Shown here: one piece after another, positions 8,399 through 16,652 of the stretch
How the letters are laid out: the number at the start of each line of letters is the position of its first letter
Numbering within the stretch: position 1 is the first letter of the stretch
Origin: a virus
Taxonomy: Duplodnaviria; Caudoviricetes
Length of the DNA: 64,000 nt
Reading direction: 5' to 3' (one strand)
Virus record (IMG/VR): IMGVR_UViG_3300028888_000097
Location: 1 to 64,000 of that record
The notes under the pieces: model-generated
What the model was told of the DNA's origin: nothing
Database searches by the model: none
The model's input: the letters and a program-made list of their open reading frames with translations, nothing else
Translations under genes and position numbers: made by a program

Positions 8399-10248
8399 GT
8401 AGTTGGGATATATCCGGAAAGCGATATTCTAAAAGGCTCGGTAGATGGCTTAAAAATGAAACGGAAAAAGCATTTGATTATGACTCGGTAGATATAGATT
8501 CGAGCGCGTATATCATCAGCTTTTTTCGGGCCTATCCGGATGCGTTGTGTGATTTTTGCCGCGCTCCGGACGCGCAGTACGGTCTGGAGCTTCCCCAGAG
8601 GATGATGCTCCGGATCATGATACGGTATCGGAACGTCTATGTCACCGGATGCCGTGGCTTGACGAAGACCTACTGCATTCTGCTCGGCAAGATGGTCAAG
8701 GGGATCCTATGGCCCGGACTGAGAATGCGCTACACGGCTCCGAACCAGAAACAGGCGGCGGCTCTGGCAACACAGGCGTTCCACCAGATTGAGCACGACT
8801 ATCCGATCCTTGCCTCCCACTGGACCTTGCGGAATGACCGGGAGGACATGTTCCGGATTACGACGATCTACGGGTCGGAGTTCACGATGTACGCGCCTCG
8901 CGGCGACAACTGCCATGAAACCATCGCGGAGGAAATCGGTCAGGAGGGGCGGGACCCCTTCGACATGGACAAGTACGAACAGGACGTGCTTCCCACCTGT
9001 CGTCTGGAACGAACGGTGAACCAGAAGCCGGACCGGTATTCTATCCAGTTACAACACTCCCACATTTCCAACGCCTGTTCCAAGACGAACCGGGCGTTCT
9101 CCGTACACAGAGAGGCTTGTCTGAAGGACATGCTTCACGGGGACCTCTTCGAGGGGTATGTGATTGACTTTTCGTGGATCACGGCTCTGATGGGGAATCT
9201 GCGAAACATCGCCTACATCAAGGACCAGAGGTCGAAGCTGACGGCGACGGCGTGGAAGCGGGAGATGTGCGCGCTTTATACGGGAGACGCGGAATCCCCG
9301 CTGATCCCGGACGAGACGCTGACGGCTTCCCGGCGGAATCCTCTGATGGAGGAAAAGCACTGCGGGGATCCGGAGGCGATTTACATTGTATCCCACGACG
9401 TTTCCTATGTAGACGACGCGAAGAACGCGAAATGCGCGGACGTGGTTCTGAAGCTATCGCTCTTCCCGGACATGGAGCGGCGGGACAAATACCGGAAACA
9501 GGTGGTATATGTAGACAACTACGCACCTCCGAAGACAGATTACCTCCAGGCGCAGCGCATTCGCTCCCTGTGGGAGAAGTTCTGCATGGACGGCGGGAAA
9601 ACCACTTATCTTGTGGTCGATACATGGCAATACGGAACCGGCGTCGTGGAAGAACTGATGAAGCCGACGGAGGACGGGCGACCGCCGCTCTGCTGTGTGA
9701 ATCACATGGCGTTCCAGTTCATCGAACAGCCGGGGGCGTTGCCGGTCATTTACCCGATGAAGGCGACCGGACGGGGCGGTGCTGACGCGGATGCGGACAT
9801 GATCTCCTACGCGCAGATTGAATTTGAGCAGGAGAACGTGGAACTGCTTGTGCCGAACGTGCTTGACGGCGTGGAAGCCTATCGGAACGCGCATCGGATC
9901 AAGGATGCCCGGTACGACGCGCAGATTGCCCTTCCTTACCGGCAGTCGGAGCTGTTATGCCAGCAGATTGCAAACCTTCAAACGGAGGTTTCGGGGCTAT
10001 CCTTCAAGGAAAAGCGGAAATCCAAGGCGATTCAGCGAGACATCTGGTCGGCGTTGAAATACGCCCTCTGGATGGCGAAGAAGCTCGAGACGGGGCTCAA
10101 GACGGAGATCTACCGGACGAAATCCTCGTGGAGCGAGAAAATCGAAGCGGTCAGACGGATGGGCGGCTTCTCCGGGACACGTCAACCCGGGATACAATCG
10201 CAGGGAGGCCGGGCCGGAGTTCTGGCGATGAGGAAAAACGTGCGCTGA
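8395..10248 (+). CDS. terL: Terminase large subunit (SPbeta YonF-like)
   Basis: Walker A-like VTGCRGLTKTY; C-terminal nuclease with SHDVS, LVVDT and QRDIWSA acidic motifs. Confidence 0.85.
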   Translation: MSSWDISGKRYSKRLGRWLKNETEKAFDYDSVDIDSSAYIISFFRAYPDALCDFCRAPDAQYGLELPQRMMLRIMIRYRNVYVTGCRGLTKTYCILLGKMVKGILWPGLRMRYTAPNQKQAAALATQAFHQIEHDYPILASHWTLRNDREDMFRITTIYGSEFTMYAPRGDNCHETIAEEIGQEGRDPFDMDKYEQDVLPTCRLERTVNQKPDRYSIQLQHSHISNACSKTNRAFSVHREACLKDMLHGDLFEGYVIDFSWITALMGNLRNIAYIKDQRSKLTATAWKREMCALYTGDAESPLIPDETLTASRRNPLMEEKHCGDPEAIYIVSHDVSYVDDAKNAKCADVVLKLSLFPDMERRDKYRKQVVYVDNYAPPKTDYLQAQRIRSLWEKFCMDGGKTTYLVVDTWQYGTGVVEELMKPTEDGRPPLCCVNHMAFQFIEQPGALPVIYPMKATGRGGADADADMISYAQIEFEQENVELLVPNVLDGVEAYRNAHRIKDARYDAQIALPYRQSELLCQQIANLQTEVSGLSFKEKRKSKAIQRDIWSALKYALWMAKKLETGLKTEIYRTKSSWSEKIEAVRRMGGFSGTRQPGIQSQGGRAGVLAMRKNVR

Positions 10249-10610
10249 TGGAAAAATATCAATTATACATAGGTGCGCTTCAGGATATTCCGGCGGGGAT
10301 TGAATTTTCCTATTACGACAGCCGGAGGCGGTATCTTTTCCTCCTGTCCGACCACAAGCCGGAGGGGAAGTTCAAAGTGGTTCCGGAGACGATGTACGGG
10401 GAACTGGATCCGGGTGAGCGGGCGTGGTTCAACAACGCCTGTATGGTGCTGAACTCCCGGTGGGTACGCGCCCACGAGGAAGAAGCGGCGGAAGCGGCGA
10501 ACGGTTTTCTCGCGCTGTTTGAGAAGGAATTGAAAAAGGAAGCGGAAAGGGCGGCTGAAGATGGAAGAAACCAAGGCTCCGGCGAAGGGGCTGATCCGGG
10601 CGGCGGTTGA
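10248..10610 (+). CDS. Hypothetical protein
   Basis: TGATG coupling to terL (start inside track ORF 9957..10610). Confidence 0.6.
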   Translation: MEKYQLYIGALQDIPAGIEFSYYDSRRRYLFLLSDHKPEGKFKVVPETMYGELDPGERAWFNNACMVLNSRWVRAHEEEAAEAANGFLALFEKELKKEAERAAEDGRNQGSGEGADPGGG

Positions 10611-12324
10611 GAAATTCAATGCGCTGTCCGACCAATACAGCGGCATTCTGTCCGCACAGGCATTTGCGTCGGCGTTTTCCCGGGCCAACTACGGCATGGC
10701 GAATCAGCCGTCGGTACAGAACGCGAGAATCAAGGGAATTTCCTCCCTGCCGGTGGACTACACAAAGGATCAAATCGGAGAATATCTCAGATACCCCTAC
10801 TCCCACGAGCAGGAGTTAAGAGAGACGGCGGAGATTCTTCGGTGGACCAACTATCCGTTCTTCAAAATCAACAAAACGGAGCAGGACATCCCGACGGACC
10901 GGTACTACTTCAAGCCCTTGTATCTGACAGGGGAAGAGGGAAAGATGGAACGGTTCCAAAGGGAAGCGGTTCTGCTTGACCGACTGAACAAGGAGATCAA
11001 ACCGGAGGCTACACTTCACCGGATTCGCGGCGAGGCTCTGCTTCAGGGCAAGGCGATTTACACGACGCGGATTCAGGCGGACAAGGCGCACAACAAGTTC
11101 AACTACGCCTTTCTGGAACAGCTTCCGACGGACTGGTGTACGATCATCGGACGGAACAACATTTCCGGATGGACGGTATCGTTCAATATGATGTACTTCC
11201 TCCGTCCTGGCGCGACGGTGGAACAGTACGGGGACCTCTTCCTGCCCTACATGGACGCTTTTGAGCGGATGTTTACGGAGAAGGAGGAGCAGACCAGGCA
11301 ATTCGTTTACGCCTCCCACAACAACGCTGTGAGCGTTCAAAAGGGGAACCGGAAGATTGCCTTTTATCCCGAGAATGTGGACGCGGAATCCGTCGGAAAT
11401 CCCCGCGTATTCCAGCAGAACGGGACATGGTGCTATTACGTCTCCCTTCCCATCGACCGGGTATGGGTGTTTGAAATCGACGACACGACGCCCGCGATCA
11501 TTCCTCCTCTGGCGGGGATGTTCCTGACCTACGCGCAGCAGTCCGATTTCGAGGAGATCCAGAAGACCTTATACACCAATCCGCTTGTGAAAATCTTCAC
11601 GGGCGAGATCCCCTACTTCAACGATGAGGGGACGCGGGTGGAGGATACCTACAAGCTCTCCGAAGGCGGACGGATGCTGTTCCAATTCCTTTTTGAGGAG
11701 ATGATGAACCGCAACAACACGGCGGGGACAGCGTTCTTCATGGCCCCCGTGGAAAACATCAAGAGCCACGACTATCAGGAATCCGCCAACGCGAACGACA
11801 TTTCCACGACGTTCAATCAGTACGCGGGGTCCAAGGTGGGGCTTGCGGCTCTGATTCCAGTGGACAAGGACATCAAGGCGGCACAGGTTGAAGCGGCGAT
11901 GAAGATTGAAAGCCGGTACGCGACGGCTTGCATTTACCCGCAGTTCGAGCGGATGATGAACTGGATTTACAAGTCCCTTCATCTCCAATACGAATGGGAG
12001 TTCAAGATTTTCGGAACGATCTTCACCGAAGAGAAGATCCGGAAGGACGCGGAGGCGGAATTTGCGCGGGGCGATATGTCCGCGCTGTTCGTCATTGCGG
12101 CTCTTGACGGTCTGAGCTGGCTCGACAAGATTTCCATGCTCCGGGCGATGGACTCTTCCGGGATTATGGATCTGTTCCGGGTTCCCGAGACGGCGTACAC
12201 GCAAAGCGGGAAAGTTTCGGGTTCCTCCGGTCAGCCGGGGCGACCGAGGACGGAGGGAATCTCCTCCGAATCGAAGGAAAAAGCGATTGACATGGGCGTT
12301 TCGGAGTCGGATTTAAGCGAATGA
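10561..12324 (+). CDS. Portal protein
   Basis: 587 aa after terL; C-terminal GRPRTEG pattern; synteny. Confidence 0.75.
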   Translation: MEETKAPAKGLIRAAVEKFNALSDQYSGILSAQAFASAFSRANYGMANQPSVQNARIKGISSLPVDYTKDQIGEYLRYPYSHEQELRETAEILRWTNYPFFKINKTEQDIPTDRYYFKPLYLTGEEGKMERFQREAVLLDRLNKEIKPEATLHRIRGEALLQGKAIYTTRIQADKAHNKFNYAFLEQLPTDWCTIIGRNNISGWTVSFNMMYFLRPGATVEQYGDLFLPYMDAFERMFTEKEEQTRQFVYASHNNAVSVQKGNRKIAFYPENVDAESVGNPRVFQQNGTWCYYVSLPIDRVWVFEIDDTTPAIIPPLAGMFLTYAQQSDFEEIQKTLYTNPLVKIFTGEIPYFNDEGTRVEDTYKLSEGGRMLFQFLFEEMMNRNNTAGTAFFMAPVENIKSHDYQESANANDISTTFNQYAGSKVGLAALIPVDKDIKAAQVEAAMKIESRYATACIYPQFERMMNWIYKSLHLQYEWEFKIFGTIFTEEKIRKDAEAEFARGDMSALFVIAALDGLSWLDKISMLRAMDSSGIMDLFRVPETAYTQSGKVSGSSGQPGRPRTEGISSESKEKAIDMGVSESDLSE

Positions 12325-12337
12325 CGCGGAGGATTTC

Positions 12338-12610
12338 ATGGATCATCCCAGCGGCAGATCTCAGCGGAGAAGAGTTGACAGGCGAAAGAAGTTCCGTCAG
12401 CAGAATATGATTGACGGCGGAGAACTGCGGGACGATTTCTCCATGTGGTTCGGGCGGAACAGGGGCATCATCAAGCGTCCGGAGTTCCACTTCAAGCGGG
12501 ATATGAAGATTTATGCGAACCGGAAATACCGTCGGTCTGACGGAGAAAAGCCGGTTTGCAAGGGCAACGGAAACCGGAGAGCGTTTGATCTCTGGTGGAC
12601 GATCTACTAA
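12338..12610 (+). CDS. Hypothetical basic protein
   Basis: GGAGG RBS before ATG. Confidence 0.45.
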   Translation: MDHPSGRSQRRRVDRRKKFRQQNMIDGGELRDDFSMWFGRNRGIIKRPEFHFKRDMKIYANRKYRRSDGEKPVCKGNGNRRAFDLWWTIY

Positions 12611-12621
12611 GGAGGGCGTGA

Positions 12622-12831
12622 GTGGACGTCAATCGCATCAATCGAACGGTGATTCCAGGGACGGCGGGACCTGTGAGTGTTCCGCAGAAATACGCTTCCT
12701 ACATGGACGATACGGTGAGGAAAATCGTGGCCCGTGGGAACGACGCGGAGATCCGGTCATCCAAGGATGGGATTAAGATATTCGAGGTCTCGAAGAAAGT
12801 GGTTGCGGTGATTCCGAAAGATGGGGAATGA
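12622..12831 (+). CDS. Hypothetical protein
   Basis: TAAGGAGG RBS. Confidence 0.6.
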   Translation: MDVNRINRTVIPGTAGPVSVPQKYASYMDDTVRKIVARGNDAEIRSSKDGIKIFEVSKKVVAVIPKDGE

Positions 12832-13070
12832 ATATGTTTAGCATAGTATTAGACGAAATTCCTAAAAAGTCAACCATTACTTCAAAGGTTAATTTGTCGG
12901 CAATTAAATCCGGCGAAGGAAGACCCGTTGTCGGATTTGTGCCGCCCTGTTTTATGTTTTCCAGAAGGTTGAATATTGATACTCAAAGAAAATGTGGTTC
13001 AGTAGATTGGACAGAAAGAGAACATATTGACATTCCGAAATGGCTCTTTGATGGCAGAGGGCCTGAATAA

Positions 13071-13141
13071 TCCGGGATAGTGTAGGGGTTACACAGTGGG
13101 TTTTGGCCCCACTCACGTCGGTTCGATCCCGGCTCCCGGCG
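13071..13141 (+). tRNA. tRNA-Gln(TTG)
   Basis: Cloverleaf; anticodon arm GTGGG-TTTTGGC-CCCAC; T-loop TTCGATC. Confidence 0.85.
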
Positions 13142-13165
13142 TAAAACTGAAATATGCCGTATAAA

Positions 13166-13218
13166 CGGGCGGTGCATAGGTGCTTTCGGTGGATGGGTTC
13201 AATTCCCATACTGTCCGC
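13166..13218 (+). ncRNA. tRNA-like element with acceptor stem and T-arm but no anticodon arm
   Basis: GGGCGGT/ACTGTCC stem, ATGGG-TTCAATT-CCCAT T-arm, only 19 nt between them. Confidence 0.45.
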
Positions 13219-13251
13219 AAAAATAACATATTCCGGTAAACCGATTTATAC

Positions 13252-13322
13252 AGGGGCGTAGTTTAACGGTAGAACGGCGGTCTCCAAAACCGATAATGGG
13301 AGTTCGATTCTCTCCGGTCCTG
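13252..13322 (+). tRNA. tRNA-Trp(CCA)
   Basis: AGGGGCGTAGTTTAACGGTAGAAC..CTCCAAA..GTTCGATTC. Confidence 0.88.
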
Positions 13323-13327
13323 TATTA

Positions 13328-13412
13328 TGGTTGGGTCTCCCTCAAGTCCGATACCACTCCGCACACGCCTCTGCTTGATTGAAATGCGTACCTGTGCGGG
13401 AAAGTCGGGCAA
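13328..13412 (+). ncRNA. Unrecognised structured RNA motif, copy 1
   Basis: TGGTTGGG..CCCTCA.GTCCGATACCA..GCCTCT..AAAGTCGG.CAA shared with 13662..13744. Confidence 0.6.
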
Positions 13413-13415
13413 TCC

Positions 13416-13487
13416 GGCAGAGTGGAGCAGTGGCAGCTCGTCAGGCCCATAACCTGAAGGTCGAAGGTTCAAATCCTTCCTCTGCAA
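13416..13487 (+). tRNA. tRNA-Met(CAT), initiator-like (1:72 mismatch) with C33
   Basis: Cloverleaf; TCAGG-CCCATAA-CCTGA; GGTTCAAATCC. Confidence 0.85.
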
Positions 13488-13565
13488 TTTGGCGGACGCG
13501 CCGAACGGCTTCCTGTGCCGGATTCCGGCGGAGACATTGTGTCTCTGAGGGATCAAACAGGATAT

Positions 13566-13638
13566 GGAAGCATAGCTCAACAGGCAGAGCATCGGTCTGT
13601 TAAACCGAGGGTTTTAGGTTCGATTCCTAATGTTTCCG
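13566..13638 (+). tRNA. tRNA-Asn(GTT)
   Basis: TCGGT-CTGTTAA-ACCGA; GGTTCGATTCC. Confidence 0.9.
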
Positions 13639-13661
13639 GGGTCCCGTTTGCGCGCGCGGGT

Positions 13662-13744
13662 TGGTTGGGTTCGCAGCCCTCACGTCCGATACCAAAAAGC
13701 ATATGGCCTCTCATGGAAGCACACTATATGAAAAAGTCGGACAA
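13662..13744 (+). ncRNA. Unrecognised structured RNA motif, copy 2
   Basis: Same conserved blocks; variable stem has different sequence but still pairs. Confidence 0.6.
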
Positions 13745-13746
13745 AT

Positions 13747-13819
13747 GCTCTTGTAGCTCAATTGGTAGAGTACGGCTTTCGTAAAGCTGGGGTTCCGGGA
13801 TCGTGACCCGGCAAGAGCT
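13747..13819 (+). tRNA. tRNA-Thr(CGT) with atypical T-loop
   Basis: GCTCTTG/CAAGAGC; CGGCT-TTCGTAA-AGCTG; T-loop ATCGTGA. Confidence 0.8.
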
Positions 13820-13823
13820 TCCT

Positions 13824-13894
13824 GCTCCTGTATGTCAACAGTAGACGACCGCTCCTGTAAAGCGGGGATAATGGTGCAAATCCATTCTGGAGCT
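13824..13894 (+). tRNA. tRNA-Thr(TGT), atypical or degenerate
   Basis: CCGCT-CCTGTAA-AGCGG (C33); T-loop TGCAAAT; one T-T mismatch in acceptor stem. Confidence 0.65.
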
Positions 13895-13936
13895 TAACTG
13901 AATATATCTCTCCGTAAATGGGCGGGGAGGGAAGCC

Positions 13937-13978
13937 AAGAGGGGCTGGATCTGCAAAAGCGGATTCGGCCCCTTTTTC
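13937..13978 (+). terminator. Intrinsic terminator ending the tRNA cluster
   Basis: AAGAGGGGC...GCCCCTTTTT hairpin and T-tract. Confidence 0.65.
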
Positions 13979-13996
13979 TGTTTTCGGGAGAAAGAC

Positions 13997-14539
13997 ATGA
14001 CGGTTAGAGAGAAATACAGTTACGACAACGCAGAATTTGCCCCGCTGAGAGATCCGGCACGGGCGGTCATCGCCTCCTATCAGGACGCGAATCGTGCGCT
14101 CGACACCATTCAGGAATACTGCCTGATTGAAGAGGGAATGCCGAATCTTTCCGCCGCGATTCATCATCAAGCTCACGCTTATCCCGGACGCTTCGACCGC
14201 TTTGCGGAGATGCTTCACGAACGGCATCTAATGGCAGAATATCCGGCGACGGCTGAGATGGACTGGCGGGAGGAACTGAAGGGGCTTGACGATGTGTTCC
14301 GGTGCGTGATTGACGCTATGGAGGACATTCAGGACGCGCTCGAGGCATTCCACGCGGCGACGGACAACCCACGATTCCGCCCTATGGCCCTTCTGACGGA
14401 GGAGCTGATGGCTGAGAACTCCGCTGACTACACGAAGTTCCTCGACATGTGGGCGCGGTGGGATAATGACAGCGGCTCCAAGACGTCGTTTGATTCGTGG
14501 GTCCGCCACTTTGCGGGGCTTTGCCCTACGGAGGATTAA
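13997..14539 (+). CDS. Ferritin-like four-helix protein
   Basis: Helical, HHQAH..FDRFAEMLHERH and L..VF..VI...E.I..AL pattern. Confidence 0.5.
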   Translation: MTVREKYSYDNAEFAPLRDPARAVIASYQDANRALDTIQEYCLIEEGMPNLSAAIHHQAHAYPGRFDRFAEMLHERHLMAEYPATAEMDWREELKGLDDVFRCVIDAMEDIQDALEAFHAATDNPRFRPMALLTEELMAENSADYTKFLDMWARWDNDSGSKTSFDSWVRHFAGLCPTED

Positions 14540-14542
14540 GGG

Positions 14543-15973
14543 ATGGGACGGCTGAAAACGGTAAACACCGGCGGAAAGCTGGCTTCGTTCTCCGGTTCGC
14601 TCCGGGTGCTTTCGGAATCCGAGGGGATGCTTCAGAAGGTTGAAGTGATGCTCCTCAATTCCGATGTAAACCGGAACAACTGGCAGTATCTGAATCTGGC
14701 GGAACACAGGCATCTTTTCGCCGACACGCCGCTTCTTGTGGCGTACAAGGGGAAACAGGTCGGGGACGGACACAATTTCGATGAGGTCCGGAATCCCGAC
14801 GGGACGGTGACGGCTTCCTTCATGTCCGCCACCGCTGAAAGGGTTGTTGGGTGGTTCAAGTCCGAAAGCGACATCAGGCTTGAAACCATTGACAATAAAG
14901 AATGGATTGTCGGAACCGGTCATATCTGGAAATGGTATGCGCAGGAGCTTGTCGCCAAACTTCGCGGACAGGGACGCGAAAACGGCGGCATGGCCGTCAG
15001 CATCGAGACACTGATTGACGAGATGCACATGGACGGCGATACCGAAGTTTATACCAAATACCAGATTCTCGGCACGACGATTCTCGGGGATGACGTCGCG
15101 CCCGCAGTTGTGGACGCCGGAATCCGCGCACTTTCCGCCATCGGCACGGCAGAGATCCGAAAAATGACATTACGGGTTGCCTCTGCCGAAGTTTTGCAGC
15201 AGTTGCAAAAGTTTAATCCGCAGCCGTTTGGCGAGAGCGAAAACGAACAGGGAGAGGATGATACATCCGGCTCCATGAATACGAAAGGAAAACTGCTTAT
15301 GAACAGCAAAAGACTGAAGGAGCTGAGCGCACTGTTCCCGGATTTCCGGTTCATTACCGCCGACGAGAACAGCGTCACTCTCTGCTCCGTTGAAGGGGAT
15401 TTCTACCGCGTCCCGTATGACGTGGACAACGGTACGATCATCCCCGGCGCGAAGACCTCCGTCAACGCCGTCGTGGTGATTGGCGAGGGCGACAACGCCG
15501 TTTCCGTTCCGCTGAACGACGTGCGCGGCGAGGATGTTCAGACGATCAACGATCTGACGGAAAAGCTGAACGCGGCGGAAGAGGAGCGGTCCTCCGCTCT
15601 GAAGAGCCTCGAGGATATGCGGAAAGCCGAGACCGAGAGACGGAAAGAGGCTTGCCGCAACGCTATCGAAAACTGTTTCAACGAATTCAAGGAATCGTGC
15701 GATGCGGATTTCGATGAAAAGCTGTGCGAGGAATTCCTGACCGATGAAAAGCTCTGCGAATACGCGGAGATGGAGAAGGACGGGAAGTTCTGCGGTGACG
15801 CCGCCGCTGTCCGCGATGTTTCTGCGAAGTGCGCGAAGGTTATGAAGGACGCGGCCAAAGAGAAAAAGGCCCGCGAAAACGCGAAGAAAACCTACGCTTT
15901 CGACCGGAACGACGGTGAGGACGGCGCGTCCGACGGCTTTGACAAGATGATTCAGTCCATTATGGCGGACTGA
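14543..15973 (+). CDS. Prohead protease/scaffold (YonD-like)
   Basis: N-terminal VNRNNW..GHNF..SIE..GTTILG protease-like region, acidic coiled-coil C-terminus, position before capsid genes. Confidence 0.7.
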   Translation: MGRLKTVNTGGKLASFSGSLRVLSESEGMLQKVEVMLLNSDVNRNNWQYLNLAEHRHLFADTPLLVAYKGKQVGDGHNFDEVRNPDGTVTASFMSATAERVVGWFKSESDIRLETIDNKEWIVGTGHIWKWYAQELVAKLRGQGRENGGMAVSIETLIDEMHMDGDTEVYTKYQILGTTILGDDVAPAVVDAGIRALSAIGTAEIRKMTLRVASAEVLQQLQKFNPQPFGESENEQGEDDTSGSMNTKGKLLMNSKRLKELSALFPDFRFITADENSVTLCSVEGDFYRVPYDVDNGTIIPGAKTSVNAVVVIGEGDNAVSVPLNDVRGEDVQTINDLTEKLNAAEEERSSALKSLEDMRKAETERRKEACRNAIENCFNEFKESCDADFDEKLCEEFLTDEKLCEYAEMEKDGKFCGDAAAVRDVSAKCAKVMKDAAKEKKARENAKKTYAFDRNDGEDGASDGFDKMIQSIMAD

Positions 15974-15991
15974 CGGAAAAGGAGAACAAAC

Positions 15992-16630
15992 ATGGCTTAC
16001 ATTGCGAATACGGCGTTTGAGTTCAAAAACTCGAACAGCATCTACAACGGCCTTCAGAATGTTGCGGGAAAGTTCGGTTCCTTCTCCGGAACGACCTTCA
16101 CCCCCGACGTCTGCTCCGCCGGTTTCATGGTGACGCAGAACTCCCTGATCCCCAACGAGGGCTACGAGAGCTTTGTGGACGCCTCTGACAATCCCCGGAT
16201 TCTGAACGGCAACACCTGGTACTTCGTCGCCGCCGCTTCCGGTTCCGTTGTGGGCGCACCCGGCGATCACACCGGCATCTATGCCGCCAACACCTACAAC
16301 GTGCATTCCGTGGTTTCCGCCAACGGTCAGATGAAGTACAACCTCGGCGCGAACACGCTGGGTCTGGCGATTCCCGCCGACGAATACGGCGACTTCACCG
16401 AGCTGATTGTCGGTGAACAGTACAAGTTCGGCGCGGGCAACTTCGCCTCCGTTCCCACGGTTGGGCAGTATGTGACGATTGTGAACGGACTCTTCTCCGC
16501 CTCCTCCGCCACCGCTCCCACGACCGGCGCGGTTTACGGTCAGGTTCTGCGGACGGAGCCGTTCAACGAGGGCGCGTCCTTCTGGGGCGACGGATACATC
16601 GTGAAGATCCTCCGCTCCGTTGGTGCTTAA
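15992..16630 (+). CDS. Head decoration/cement protein (putative)
   Basis: Gly/Ala/Thr-rich, strongly biased codons, immediately before MCP. Confidence 0.6.
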   Translation: MAYIANTAFEFKNSNSIYNGLQNVAGKFGSFSGTTFTPDVCSAGFMVTQNSLIPNEGYESFVDASDNPRILNGNTWYFVAAASGSVVGAPGDHTGIYAANTYNVHSVVSANGQMKYNLGANTLGLAIPADEYGDFTELIVGEQYKFGAGNFASVPTVGQYVTIVNGLFSASSATAPTTGAVYGQVLRTEPFNEGASFWGDGYIVKILRSVGA

Positions 16631-16652
16631 TTCGGAAAGGCAGGATGAAAAG

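Noticed and set aside
12828-13070. 80-aa AT-rich ORF before the tRNA cluster
   Set aside because: Atypical composition and no motifs; may be regulatory or non-coding
13328-13744. Theta/HDV-like ribozymes after tRNAs
   Set aside because: Could not build the P1-P2-P3-P1.1 nested double pseudoknot; kept as an unknown motif
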